64,000 bases of DNA from a virus. A model generated the notes under the pieces. It was not told where the DNA came from. It saw only the letters and a list, made by a program, of their open reading frames with translations, and did no database searches. The stretch is from the IMG/VR virus record IMGVR_UViG_3300017735_000002. The stretch is one strand, 5' to 3'. This document shows, one piece after another, positions 27,017-36,984 of the stretch (positions are counted from its first letter, which is position 1; each line of letters begins with the position of its first letter). Both the position numbers and the translations under genes were made by a program.

Positions 27017-28141
27017 ATGTTAATACTTTCAAAACAAGATGCTGAATATGTAGGTCAAATTTTTATTGACTACTATTCCAATTTCGATAGAATAGATGAT
27101 TATCTTCGCAAAGTCAAATTAGAAAAGATGGCAGAAAGACCTGCATCTTTATTTGGTATGGGACCAGAAGATGATATGTTTCAAGACTTTACTATGCACC
27201 CAAATGATATGGAGTTTGTTTGCAGAGAGATGCCAATCTATGATGATTACATTGACATAGTTGCATCTCAAATGATACAAAAGTCTATACCAGGCAAAAC
27301 TTTAAAGTGGGTAGTTTATGAAAAGAATACGAATAAGATTGTGGGATTTATTAGATTTGGCAGCCCTACTATTAATAGTAAACCTCGTAATGAGTTCTTA
27401 GGTAAACCTCTAAATACGACAGACAAAGATACGATGAAGAGATTCAATGATTCTACAATCATGGGTTTCAATATCATACCAACTCAACCCTTTGGTTTTA
27501 ATTATCTAGGTGGTAAACTTCTTGCCGCCATTTGCACTTCGCATTACGCCAGAAGAGCATTGAACAAAAAGTATAATACAAAGTATTGTATGTTTGAGAC
27601 TACATCATTATATGGTTCAAGTAAATCATCATCAATGTATGACGGCATGAAACCTTATTTAAGATTCATTGGTCTAACTGATTCAGACTTTGTACCAAGT
27701 ATCAATGATGAGAAATATCATCATCTCAAAGAATGGTTTGAGAATAAAAACAATGGCGTACCTTTAGTAGATGCAGAGGCATCAAGTAGAAAGTTGAAGA
27801 CACAAGGTAAGATGATATCTATTATAAGAAACTCACTTGAGAAAAATGATAGTGAAATGCTAAGACCATTCAAACAATGTTTTGTAGATGCAAAGAATCT
27901 TACAGAAAGAAAGAGACAATACTTAGGCACATATGGTTACAAGAATGTTAAAGAGTACATGAACTCAGAAACAGATACCTTAGAGAAGAATGTAAACTTT
28001 GATAGATTCGAATTAGAGAATGTAATCACATGGTGGAAAAAGATGGCAACAAAACGATATGAAAATTTACAGAGAGATGGTAGACTAAGAAATGAACTAG
28101 AAGTTTGGTCTAAGAATCAAAACATAGATATTATAAGATGA
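27017..28141 (+). CDS. DUF4338 (DruA-like) domain protein, paralog 1
   Basis: PTQPFGFNYLGGKLLAAIC, FETTSLYG motifs shared with 36985..38265. Confidence 0.65.
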   Translation: MLILSKQDAEYVGQIFIDYYSNFDRIDDYLRKVKLEKMAERPASLFGMGPEDDMFQDFTMHPNDMEFVCREMPIYDDYIDIVASQMIQKSIPGKTLKWVVYEKNTNKIVGFIRFGSPTINSKPRNEFLGKPLNTTDKDTMKRFNDSTIMGFNIIPTQPFGFNYLGGKLLAAICTSHYARRALNKKYNTKYCMFETTSLYGSSKSSSMYDGMKPYLRFIGLTDSDFVPSINDEKYHHLKEWFENKNNGVPLVDAEASSRKLKTQGKMISIIRNSLEKNDSEMLRPFKQCFVDAKNLTERKRQYLGTYGYKNVKEYMNSETDTLEKNVNFDRFELENVITWWKKMATKRYENLQRDGRLRNELEVWSKNQNIDIIR

Positions 28142-28533
28142 AGACAAAAGGATTTACATGCGGATGTTTTGACTTGCTACATGCAGGTCATATCGTCATG
28201 TTAAAAGAGGCAAAAGAAAATTGCGAATATTTAATCGTGGGTTTACAAACAGACCCTAGTATTGATAGACAAGAAAAGAACAAACCTGTTCAATCAGTCT
28301 ATGAGAGATTCGTTCAATTGCAGGCAGTAAAGTATGTTGATGAAATCATACCATATGATACTGAACAAAGTCTGATTGACTTATTAGAGTCAACAGAGAT
28401 ACATTTGAGATTCGTGGGAGAAGATTATACTGAAAGAGATTTCACAGGTAAAGGTCTACACGAAATTTATTATACAAACAGACAACACTCTTTTAGTAGT
28501 AGTGGTCTAAGACAAAGGGTGACACAATCATGA
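28138..28533 (+). CDS. cytidylyltransferase (TagD/glycerol-3-phosphate CT-like)
   Basis: GCFDLLHAGH, LIVGLQTD, VKYVDEII, FVGEDY, SSSGLR. Confidence 0.9.
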   Translation: MKTKGFTCGCFDLLHAGHIVMLKEAKENCEYLIVGLQTDPSIDRQEKNKPVQSVYERFVQLQAVKYVDEIIPYDTEQSLIDLLESTEIHLRFVGEDYTERDFTGKGLHEIYYTNRQHSFSSSGLRQRVTQS

Positions 28534-29516
28534 ATATAACAATAGCAAGACTTCGTTCATTTGTAAAATACAATGGACCTTTAGAAACAGTATTAGATAG
28601 TTTCTTTGAAAACTATGTGAAGTGGATGAAAGCAAATCCACAACATAATTACGATACTTACAATGTATCATTCGATAATGTCAGACCTAAAAGAACGCCT
28701 GAGACTATAGAATGGGCAGACTGTATTGTAATACCAAGTGATTCAGAATTCAGATATCATGGTGAGTTGCAGATGAACCCTAAAGACCTTGCAAAGTCAA
28801 ATGAACATATGGATGCAATTAGACCTTTCTTTGAGGGTAAACATGTTATCATGTTCTGTAGTGATAGGGCAGATACAGAAGAGTTATATATCAATGAAGT
28901 ATTCAAAGGTATCAATTTAAAATCATTCACTAAAATCGATGAGATAGATTTCAGTGGAAACATTCACGGCATGAAGTATCACTTTATAAATACTTTAAAA
29001 AACCCATTGGCCGAAATGGTTGGGTCATCTAAGACTCACGACTTTGGATATTGGGGTCGTATGAAACACGGCCACGATAGAGAGAAGACCATTCGCCAAA
29101 TTTATCGTAGTGACCTTTCATGCCAACTTATTGGTGGTATGCCATCTGGTGTAGAGAGAAAGTCTAAATGGATAAAAGACTGGAAGAAACTCTATCCTTT
29201 GTTAGAGGGTTGTAGAGAAACATTGTGTTTCAATTGGTTAGATGAAACTGCAACCACCTCTAGATATGTTGAGGCACTTGCAATAGGTATTGTACCCTTT
29301 GTATGGAGAAACTATGATTGCAACAATACATATAGAATTGATAAGTGGCAGAGAGTTTACACATTTGAAGAGTTCCTAGAAAAATCATTAGAGTTGAGAG
29401 ATGATACCTTTAGAGAAGAAAAACTAGAACTGGCAAGACAAAACTATTCAGAAGTTCATCTATCAGAAGAGGAATACTATGAAGAGTTTGCGAGGAGAAT
29501 GAACGATGCTTTTTAA
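28530..29516 (+). CDS. GT-B glycosyltransferase resembling T4 DNA beta-glucosyltransferase
   Basis: KTHDFGYWGRMKHGHDREK and TTSRYVEALAIG align by eye with T4 BGT KTLDVIYGGSFRSGQRES and ITLRVWETMASD. Confidence 0.6.
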   Translation: MNITIARLRSFVKYNGPLETVLDSFFENYVKWMKANPQHNYDTYNVSFDNVRPKRTPETIEWADCIVIPSDSEFRYHGELQMNPKDLAKSNEHMDAIRPFFEGKHVIMFCSDRADTEELYINEVFKGINLKSFTKIDEIDFSGNIHGMKYHFINTLKNPLAEMVGSSKTHDFGYWGRMKHGHDREKTIRQIYRSDLSCQLIGGMPSGVERKSKWIKDWKKLYPLLEGCRETLCFNWLDETATTSRYVEALAIGIVPFVWRNYDCNNTYRIDKWQRVYTFEEFLEKSLELRDDTFREEKLELARQNYSEVHLSEEEYYEEFARRMNDAF

Positions 29517-29814
29517 AGAAGTATATCAAGTTGTAGAAAGTCCACTTGAAAAAGATGCAGGCATTGAACTTGTAAGTGGTGAGTGGAAAGGTTTAGTATA
29601 TCAATATGGTGATGTACAGTTTGTCAATGGCGAACCTCAAATGAACTTCAAAAGAAACATAAGAAGGATGCCAGAAGGTGTCGAAGGCACAGAGGAGGCA
29701 ATTCAAGAATTACTAAATAATAGTGAATTAAACAATCTCATGGGTGATATTCTAGTTGAATTAATTCAAGAGCAAATCAAAAGAGAAGAGGAATCAAAAA
29801 ATGGCAAGAAGTAA
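29506..29814 (+). CDS. hypothetical protein
   Basis: 102 aa; AGIEL..GEWKGLVYQYGDV...GDILVELI. Confidence 0.75.
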   Translation: MLFKEVYQVVESPLEKDAGIELVSGEWKGLVYQYGDVQFVNGEPQMNFKRNIRRMPEGVEGTEEAIQELLNNSELNNLMGDILVELIQEQIKREEESKNGKK

Positions 29815-29962
29815 TCTCAAATTTACAAAAGTAGAAGACGGCGTAACCGTTGGATACTATTTTAATTGTGAAGAAAGTGACTATGAAACTTTCAAAGCTG
29901 ATAAAGAATCAGAGGGTTATACATTCGATTCGAATAAAACTCCAGAACCAATTTCAGAGTAA
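29801..29962 (+). CDS. small hypothetical protein (53 aa)
   Basis: GAGG RBS; MARSNLKFTKVEDGVTVGYYF...PEPISE*. Confidence 0.6.
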   Translation: MARSNLKFTKVEDGVTVGYYFNCEESDYETFKADKESEGYTFDSNKTPEPISE

Positions 29963-29979
29963 TTAATTAGGAATTAATA

Positions 29980-30438
29980 ATGAATAAAGATGTTTTAAAA
30001 GAACAAATTAAGAGACATGAAGGCGAAGTCCTTGAAGTCTATGAAGATTCTCTAGGGTACTTAACCTTAGGGGTTGGTCATCTTATTAGAGAAGATGATG
30101 CAGAATTTGGAGAACCAGCAGGTACTCCAGTCAGTCAAGAAACTGTCGATAGATACTATGAGGCAGACTTTGACAAACATGTTGATGAAACTATACACCT
30201 ATTCGAATCTAAGGGTGGTGAAGACTTCTATAGTCTTCCAGAAGACATTCAACATGTACTAGTCAACATGACATTCAACTTAGGTGGAAGTCGTTTTGGT
30301 AAATTTAATAACATGTGGAAAGGAGTTGTTTCATGCGATTGGGAAAAAATGGCAGTCGAAATGGAAGACTCAAAATGGTTCGGTCAAGTTGGAAGAAGGT
30401 CAGTAGAACTACAAGACATGGTTCGAAATTGTGAATAG
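29980..30438 (+). CDS. T4-type lysozyme (GH24-like endolysin)
   Basis: IKRHEG..YEDSLGYLTLGVGH catalytic E-D-T; LVNMTFNLG, SKWFGQVGRR. Confidence 0.88.
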   Translation: MNKDVLKEQIKRHEGEVLEVYEDSLGYLTLGVGHLIREDDAEFGEPAGTPVSQETVDRYYEADFDKHVDETIHLFESKGGEDFYSLPEDIQHVLVNMTFNLGGSRFGKFNNMWKGVVSCDWEKMAVEMEDSKWFGQVGRRSVELQDMVRNCE

Positions 30439-30721
30439 TGTCAAATGTATCAGATTAGATACAGGTGAAGTTCTGATTGGATTTGTAGAGAAGAAGTGGA
30501 ATGGAGATTATATAATCTCAGAAGCTCAAGTATGTGTAATGGAGGTAAAAGATGGAACTATGGAAGTCAATTTGGCGCCGTGGATTCCCTTTGCCAAAGA
30601 TTACACCTTCACAATCAATTCAGGCCTCATACAGACGGTGTTTGAAGCAAAGCCCCAACTCGAAACTAATTTTAAAGTTGCGACAGGCAACAACCTCCAA
30701 AGAGGCAAAGTAAGAAAATAA
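30431..30721 (+). CDS. Sm-like hypothetical protein
   Basis: VKCIRLDTGEVLIG...LAPWIPFA; GTG start. Confidence 0.7.
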   Translation: MNSVKCIRLDTGEVLIGFVEKKWNGDYIISEAQVCVMEVKDGTMEVNLAPWIPFAKDYTFTINSGLIQTVFEAKPQLETNFKVATGNNLQRGKVRK

Positions 30722-30723
30722 TT

Positions 30724-30960
30724 ATGGTAGACTTTATGAATAGAGTTCTCGTTGCACAGGTCAAACAGGCCGATGCTCAGATTGAGAAACACAAAATAAA
30801 TATTGAAGTATTAACAAAGAACGCAGTTGGTGTCGCAGAACATCCTGACACAATGGAAACAGTAGAGAAAGAACTAGAAAAGATTTCATACTGGACAGAT
30901 ATTAAGTCAGCAGTTGTTAATAATTTCGACTTCGAATCTAAAAGAACATTGACAGAATAG
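30724..30960 (+). CDS. hypothetical protein
   Basis: 78 aa; NAVGVAEHPDTMETVEKEL. Confidence 0.75.
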   Translation: MVDFMNRVLVAQVKQADAQIEKHKINIEVLTKNAVGVAEHPDTMETVEKELEKISYWTDIKSAVVNNFDFESKRTLTE

Positions 30961-30977
30961 ACCTACTGTAGTATACT
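30949..30977 (+). promoter_or_regulatory. sigma70-type promoter for gp43
   Basis: TTGACA-17bp-TATACT; ATG 6 nt downstream. Confidence 0.7.
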
Positions 30978-30983
30978 TACAGT

Positions 30984-33491
30984 ATGGATTTTTACACAAA
31001 TGTATGTCGCACTCGTGACAAAATATTAGCGATTGGTTATCAGAACGGAAAGAAACAAAAACTTTCCGTATCTTATCGTCCAAATCATTTCATTCCCTCA
31101 AAGAAAAGCGCTACGCCTTACAAGGCACTTGACGGCAGACCACTAGATGTAGTCAACTTAGACTCAATGGGTGGTGCAAGAAAGTTCAAAGAAAAGTATC
31201 AAGGCATAGACGGTTTTGAAGTTCATGGTTACGATAGGTATGTGTATACTTACATATCAGATAAGTTTCCTGGCAAGATAGACTTTGATGCAAATGCAAT
31301 CAAAATTGCCACACTTGATATTGAGTGTGAATCAGAAAATGGTTTTCCAGAACCAGGCGAAGCAATAGAAAAGGTCAACGCAATCTCAATCAAACCATTC
31401 GGTAAGTCTTGTGTTGTATTTGGTCTAGGTGAATGGGAAACAGAATCAGATGTAATCTATATCAACTGTAAAAATGAGGCACATCTACTAACAGAGTTTA
31501 TTAAATACTGGCGACAAGAATGGTTCGATATCATTACTGGTTGGAATGTAGATGCATTTGATATGACTTATCTTTGTAATAGAATCGATAGACTATTCGG
31601 TGAAGATGCACACAAAAAGTTATCGCCATGGAATATGTCTTCTAGTAGAGAGTTTTTACAGAATGGTTATCAGAAGACTCAGATATTTGACTTGTATGGT
31701 GTCAACATCGTAGACTACTTAGAACTATATCGTAGGTCTACTTTTCATAACCAAGAGTCATACAAACTAGATTACATCGCTCACTTTGAATTGGGTAAGA
31801 AGAAACTAGATTATTCAGAGTATGGTTCATTGCATACCTTATACAAAAACAATTACGCAAAGTACTTAGAGTATAATGTTAAAGATGTTGTTCTCGTAGA
31901 AGAACTAGAAGACAAACTAGGTTTCTTAGACTTGACTCAGGCAATGGCGTATGATGCCAAGTGTAATTACATCGACACATTCGGTATGGTTAAGTATTGG
32001 GAAACAATCATCTACAACTTCTTAAAAGAACAAGGAGTTCAAACACCACCTCAAAAACGAAACGAGAACAAGACGAATCAGATTGCAGGTGCCTATGTTA
32101 AAGAACCAATCACTGGTGGTCATAATTGGGTTATGTCATTTGACTTGAACTCTCTATATCCTCATTTGATTATGCAATGGAATATTTCACCAGAGAAAAT
32201 GATTAAGGGTCATAGACAAGATACGAATGTAGAATTGATGTTGCACAAGAAAGTGGACTTATCTATTGCTAAGAAGATGAACGCTACAGTCGCACCCAAT
32301 GGTGTAATGTTCACACGAGATAAACAAGGTTTCTTTCCTGAGATTATGGAAGTCATGTACGATGAGCGTAAGGCATGGAAGAAAAAGATGATTGAGTATC
32401 AGAAAGTCAAAGAGAAGACTTCTGACCCTAAAGAGATTAAGAAACTAGATACTCTTATTAAGAGGGCATACAACAATCAACAAGTAAGAAAGATTGCACT
32501 TAACTCAGCATATGGTTCTATGGCGAATCAGTGGTTTGCTTTCTTTGACCCAAATCTTGCAGAGGCAATTACTTATTCTGGTCAGTTAGTTATCAAATGG
32601 TCAGAGAAGATAGTCAACGAATATCTAAACAAGATACTTAAAACAGACAATGAAGATTATGTCATTGCAATGGATACTGATTCAATTTATCTCACAATGG
32701 ATAAATTCGTAGAAACAGTTATGCCTGGCGAAACAGACAAAGACAAGATATGTGATTTCTTATCTAAGGCAGAGTCTAAGATAGAAGATGTACTTGATGC
32801 AGGTTTCGAAGACCTTGCAGATTATACCAATGCATATCAACAGAAAATGGAAATGGGTCGTGAAGTAATTGCAGACAAAGGTATATGGACTGCAAAGAAA
32901 AGATATATTCTAAATGTATTTGATAATGAGGGTGTTAGACTAGAGACACCTAAACTCAAACTTATGGGCATTGAGACTGCAAAGTCATCAACTCCTTTGT
33001 GGGTGAGACGAAGACTAGAAGATGCAATTAAGATTGTCATGCGTGGTGATGAACAGCAGTTATGGGACTTTGTAGAAACTGCAAGAAAAGAATTCAGAGA
33101 ACTTCCGCCAGAAGATGTTGCATTCCCTAGAGGGTGTAAAGGTCTCATTCAGTATGCAGACCCAACTCACATCTATGGCAAGGGTACACCAATTCATGTC
33201 AGAGGTTCATTACTATTCAATCATAGACTTAAAGAAATGAATCTACTGAAGAGATATGAACCTATTCAAAACGGTGAGAAGATTCACTTTACATATCTTA
33301 CTATGCCAAACCCTATCAATGAGAATGTGATATCATTCACTAACTCATTACCAAAAGAATTTGATTTACATAGATTTGTAGATTATGATTTGCAGTTTGA
33401 TAAATCATTTATCGAACCATTACGAAACATCATAGGACATATTAACTGGAATGTAGAACCAGTTGCGAGTTTAGATTCCTTTTTTGGATAA
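30984..33491 (+). CDS. gp43: family B DNA polymerase gp43
   Basis: Exo DIE, ITGWN, YNVKD; pol FDLNSLYP, KIALNSAYG, DTDS, KKRY; no intein or intron. Confidence 0.97.
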   Translation: MDFYTNVCRTRDKILAIGYQNGKKQKLSVSYRPNHFIPSKKSATPYKALDGRPLDVVNLDSMGGARKFKEKYQGIDGFEVHGYDRYVYTYISDKFPGKIDFDANAIKIATLDIECESENGFPEPGEAIEKVNAISIKPFGKSCVVFGLGEWETESDVIYINCKNEAHLLTEFIKYWRQEWFDIITGWNVDAFDMTYLCNRIDRLFGEDAHKKLSPWNMSSSREFLQNGYQKTQIFDLYGVNIVDYLELYRRSTFHNQESYKLDYIAHFELGKKKLDYSEYGSLHTLYKNNYAKYLEYNVKDVVLVEELEDKLGFLDLTQAMAYDAKCNYIDTFGMVKYWETIIYNFLKEQGVQTPPQKRNENKTNQIAGAYVKEPITGGHNWVMSFDLNSLYPHLIMQWNISPEKMIKGHRQDTNVELMLHKKVDLSIAKKMNATVAPNGVMFTRDKQGFFPEIMEVMYDERKAWKKKMIEYQKVKEKTSDPKEIKKLDTLIKRAYNNQQVRKIALNSAYGSMANQWFAFFDPNLAEAITYSGQLVIKWSEKIVNEYLNKILKTDNEDYVIAMDTDSIYLTMDKFVETVMPGETDKDKICDFLSKAESKIEDVLDAGFEDLADYTNAYQQKMEMGREVIADKGIWTAKKRYILNVFDNEGVRLETPKLKLMGIETAKSSTPLWVRRRLEDAIKIVMRGDEQQLWDFVETARKEFRELPPEDVAFPRGCKGLIQYADPTHIYGKGTPIHVRGSLLFNHRLKEMNLLKRYEPIQNGEKIHFTYLTMPNPINENVISFTNSLPKEFDLHRFVDYDLQFDKSFIEPLRNIIGHINWNVEPVASLDSFFG

Positions 33492-33494
33492 ATA
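33487..33494 (+). promoter_or_regulatory. late promoter GATAAATA
   Basis: 5 nt before iscU ATG. Confidence 0.5.
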
Positions 33495-33499
33495 ACTCT

Positions 33500-33922
33500 A
33501 TGGCATACTCAAAAAAAGTAGTCGATAGATTCGAAGAAGTCTTGAACAATCCATCAAAACATGGAGTCGGAAGATTCGACCCAAATGACCCAAATGTAGT
33601 GACCGGTTTAGCTGGTGCACCTGCATGTGGTGATGTAATGAAATTAGATTTAAAAGTAAATCCTGATACTGAAGTTATTGAAGATGTCAAATTTAAAACT
33701 TATGGGTGTGGTTCTGCTATTGCAAGTTCATCTTTATTCGTAGAACTCTTAATGGGTAAAACCATGACTGAGGCACAACTGATTAAAGATAAAGAAATTG
33801 CAGATGCATTAGAACTACCGCCAATCAAATTGCATTGTTCTGTTCTTGCAGAAGATTCTATAAGAAAGGCATTGAAAGATTGGGCAGAAAAAACTGCACA
33901 TAGAAAACATAATCAGGTATAA
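33500..33922 (+). CDS. iscU: Fe-S cluster scaffold IscU/NifU-N
   Basis: GAPACGDVM, FKTYGCGSAIASSS, LPPIKLHCSVLAEDSI. Confidence 0.95.
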   Translation: MAYSKKVVDRFEEVLNNPSKHGVGRFDPNDPNVVTGLAGAPACGDVMKLDLKVNPDTEVIEDVKFKTYGCGSAIASSSLFVELLMGKTMTEAQLIKDKEIADALELPPIKLHCSVLAEDSIRKALKDWAEKTAHRKHNQV

Positions 33923-33925
33923 AAA

Positions 33926-34366
33926 ATGTATAGATATAAAGTAAACATAGTGAAGGTAGTCGATGGTGATACAGTAGATGTAGATATTGATTTAGGGTTC
34001 GGTATGGTGTATAAAAAACAGAGAGTAAGAATGTTAGGCATCGATACTCCTGAAAGCCGAACAAGAGATTTAGTAGAAAAGAAATTTGGTAAAGCATCTA
34101 AAAAACATCTTAAAACAATTTTAGAAGAAGCAGAATCAATCGAACTAGTATCACACGATAAAGGAAAGTTTGGAAGAATCTTAGGAGATTTGTTCATTGG
34201 TTCAAATGAAACATCTGTAAATCAACAGATGATTCTTGACCACCATGCAGTCGCATATACAGGTGGTAATAAAGAAGAAACTGAAGCTGCCCACATGGCA
34301 AACAGAGAAGTATTACTAGAACAAGGTGTTGTAGTTTTAGAGACACAATCAGAGTTAGAACTATGA
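33926..34366 (+). CDS. thermonuclease (SNase-like)
   Basis: VVDGDTV, RVRMLGIDTPE, GKFGRILG. Confidence 0.88.
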   Translation: MYRYKVNIVKVVDGDTVDVDIDLGFGMVYKKQRVRMLGIDTPESRTRDLVEKKFGKASKKHLKTILEEAESIELVSHDKGKFGRILGDLFIGSNETSVNQQMILDHHAVAYTGGNKEETEAAHMANREVLLEQGVVVLETQSELEL

Positions 34367-34539
34367 CAATCCATATAATGGATATATTTTACATGATTAT
34401 GATTGCAATCATATTTGGTTTTATAATTCATTTAGAAACTCAATGTAAAATGATACTAGAAATTTTAGAACAACAATCTAAATACAAAAGTTGTCGTGAA
34501 GACTTTCCAGAATTAGAAGAAAACCTACTAGACAAATAA
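34363..34539 (+). CDS. small membrane protein (58 aa)
   Basis: ATGA overlap; IFYMIMIAIIFGFII. Confidence 0.55.
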   Translation: MTIHIMDIFYMIMIAIIFGFIIHLETQCKMILEILEQQSKYKSCREDFPELEENLLDK

Positions 34540-34557
34540 CACATCTTCTAGTATACT
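34529..34557 (+). promoter_or_regulatory. sigma70-type promoter for uvsX
   Basis: TAGACA-17bp-TATACT. Confidence 0.55.
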
Positions 34558-34590
34558 AGATTAGTATATTACATATTATGGAGAAGTGAA

Positions 34591-35646
34591 ATGTCATTTA
34601 TAAAAGATTTAGTCAAAGCATCAGGCAATGAATACGCAGGAGTAGTTTCCGATGGCGTCAATGCTGGTGATGTAGATTCATTCGTAGATAGTGGGTCGTA
34701 CATATTTAATGCTTTGCTGAGTGGGTCACTATATGGTGGTCTACCCAAAAACAAAATCACCGCAATCGCTGGTGAATCAGCAACAGGTAAAACTTTCTTT
34801 GCATTGGGAATGGTAAAACAATTCCTTGCAGATAATCCTGAATCTGCTGTTATCTACTTTGAGTCAGAGTCCGCAATCAGTAAAGCAATGATTGAAGAAA
34901 GGGGTATAGACTCAGATAGAATTGTTATCGTGCCTGTGGTAACAGTACAAGAATTCAGAAATCAGGCAATCAATATTCTCGACAAGTACTTAGAGACACC
35001 AAAGGATGAAAGACCTCCGATGATGTTTTGTTTAGACTCACTTGGTATGTTATCAACTACCAAAGAGATACAAGATACTGCTGACGGAAAAGAAACCAAA
35101 GACATGACTCGTGCCCAAATTACTAAGGGTGCATTTAGAGTATTAACTTTAAAACTAGGTCGTGCAGGTGTTCCAATGATTGTGACTAATCATACATATG
35201 ATGTGATTGGTTCTATGTTTCCTCAGAAAGAAATGGGTGGGGGTAGTGGTCTCAAGTATGCCGCTAGTTCAATCATCTATCTTTCAAAAAGAAAAGAAAA
35301 AGAGGGTACAGAAATCATTGGAAATATTATACACTGTAAGAACGCCAAATCAAGATTGACTGTAGAAAATAGAATGGTCGATGTAAGATTAACATATGAC
35401 TCAGGCTTAGATAGATACTATGGTCTGCTAGACATGGCACTTGCAAGTGGTGTATTCCAGAAGTCAAGTACAAGGGTGTTATTACCAAATGGCAAAACAG
35501 AATTTGGTAAAACAATTAACAACAATCCCGAAAAGTATTTCACTCCAGATGTAATGGAGAGATTAGAAAAAGTCGCAAACAATTATTTTAAGTATGGAAG
35601 CAATGAGAATAGAACAGACAATCCTGAAGAACCTGATTCAGAGTGA
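34591..35646 (+). CDS. uvsX: RecA-like recombinase UvsX
   Basis: [31 protein letters not shown]. Confidence 0.95.
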   Translation: MSFIKDLVKASGNEYAGVVSDGVNAGDVDSFVDSGSYIFNALLSGSLYGGLPKNKITAIAGESATGKTFFALGMVKQFLADNPESAVIYFESESAISKAMIEERGIDSDRIVIVPVVTVQEFRNQAINILDKYLETPKDERPPMMFCLDSLGMLSTTKEIQDTADGKETKDMTRAQITKGAFRVLTLKLGRAGVPMIVTNHTYDVIGSMFPQKEMGGGSGLKYAASSIIYLSKRKEKEGTEIIGNIIHCKNAKSRLTVENRMVDVRLTYDSGLDRYYGLLDMALASGVFQKSSTRVLLPNGKTEFGKTINNNPEKYFTPDVMERLEKVANNYFKYGSNENRTDNPEEPDSE

Positions 35647-36982
35647 ACAGTTTACACGAAAAGTAATTCCTTTTCTTAAACCTGAGTACTTTGCCGATTC
35701 ATCTGAGCAGTTGGTGTATAACGAGATAAAATCTTATTTCGAAAAATACACCAAGAGCCCAACACTCGAAGCACTTCTCATAAACCTAGACAATGATACA
35801 TCTCATTCAGAGAATATCATTACAGGTTGTAAAGAGTTGTTGGGCTCAATGCCAGAAGAAGAGACACCAATAGATTGGTTAGTAGATGAAACAGAGAAGT
35901 GGTGCAAAGATAGAGCAATCTATATTGCAGTCATGGATTCAATCGAAGTCATTGATAAGAAGTCGCAAAGGTCTACAGGTGAGATACCAGAACTATTGAA
36001 AGATGCATTGTCAGTATCATTTGACCAACACATTGGTCATGATGTCTTAGAAGATGCAGAAGAACGATATGAGTTCTACACAACAGAAGAAGAGAAACTT
36101 CCGTTTGACTTAGAATACTTCAACAAGATTACCAAAGGTGGTTTGCCCAATAAGACATTAAACATTTGTCTCGCAGGTACTGGTGTTGGTAAATCTTTAT
36201 TCATGTGTCACATGGCTGCAAGTGCATTGATGATGAACAAGAATGTACTTTATATTACACTTGAAATGTCAGAAGAAAGAATTGCAGAGAGAATAGATGC
36301 AAACATTATGAATGTACCTATGAAAGATTTGCCTGATATGTCTAAGAAAGAATACGGCAAGAAGATTGGTAGACTTAAATCTAAGACTCAAGGTAAACTT
36401 ATTGTAAAAGAATATCCTACTGCAGCCGCCCATGCAGGTCACTTTAGACATCTATTACAAGAACTAGAGATTAAGAAAGACTTCAAACCCGATATCATCT
36501 TTATCGACTATCTAAACATATGTGCCTCTCAGAGAATTAGACCAGGTGCTGGGGCAAACTCTTATACACTAGTTAAGAGTATTGCAGAAGAACTTAGAGG
36601 TGTTGCAGTAGAATGTGATGTACCTATTATGAGTGCAACACAAACAACAAGAAGTGGTTTTGGTTCTACTGATATTGGTCTTGAAGATACTTCAGAATCA
36701 TTTGGGTTACCTGCAACAGCAGACTTGATGTTTGCATTGATTACATCTGAAGAACTAGAAGAGTTAGACCAACTCGTAGTGAAACAGTTAAAAAACAGAT
36801 ACAATGACCCTACAATCTTTAAGAGATTTGTAATAGGTATCGATAGAGCAAGAATGAAACTCTATGATGTAGAACAAGAGGCACAAGAAGAATTAGTAGA
36901 TGGCGAAATGTTAATCGATGATAGTATACCTGTCGCTGATAGGGCAAGACCTTCAACTAAGTTTAACGATTTTAATATGTAA
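35603..36982 (+). CDS. gp41: replicative helicase gp41
   Basis: [43 protein letters not shown]. Confidence 0.95.
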   Translation: MRIEQTILKNLIQSEQFTRKVIPFLKPEYFADSSEQLVYNEIKSYFEKYTKSPTLEALLINLDNDTSHSENIITGCKELLGSMPEEETPIDWLVDETEKWCKDRAIYIAVMDSIEVIDKKSQRSTGEIPELLKDALSVSFDQHIGHDVLEDAEERYEFYTTEEEKLPFDLEYFNKITKGGLPNKTLNICLAGTGVGKSLFMCHMAASALMMNKNVLYITLEMSEERIAERIDANIMNVPMKDLPDMSKKEYGKKIGRLKSKTQGKLIVKEYPTAAAHAGHFRHLLQELEIKKDFKPDIIFIDYLNICASQRIRPGAGANSYTLVKSIAEELRGVAVECDVPIMSATQTTRSGFGSTDIGLEDTSESFGLPATADLMFALITSEELEELDQLVVKQLKNRYNDPTIFKRFVIGIDRARMKLYDVEQEAQEELVDGEMLIDDSIPVADRARPSTKFNDFNM

Positions 36983-36984
36983 TT

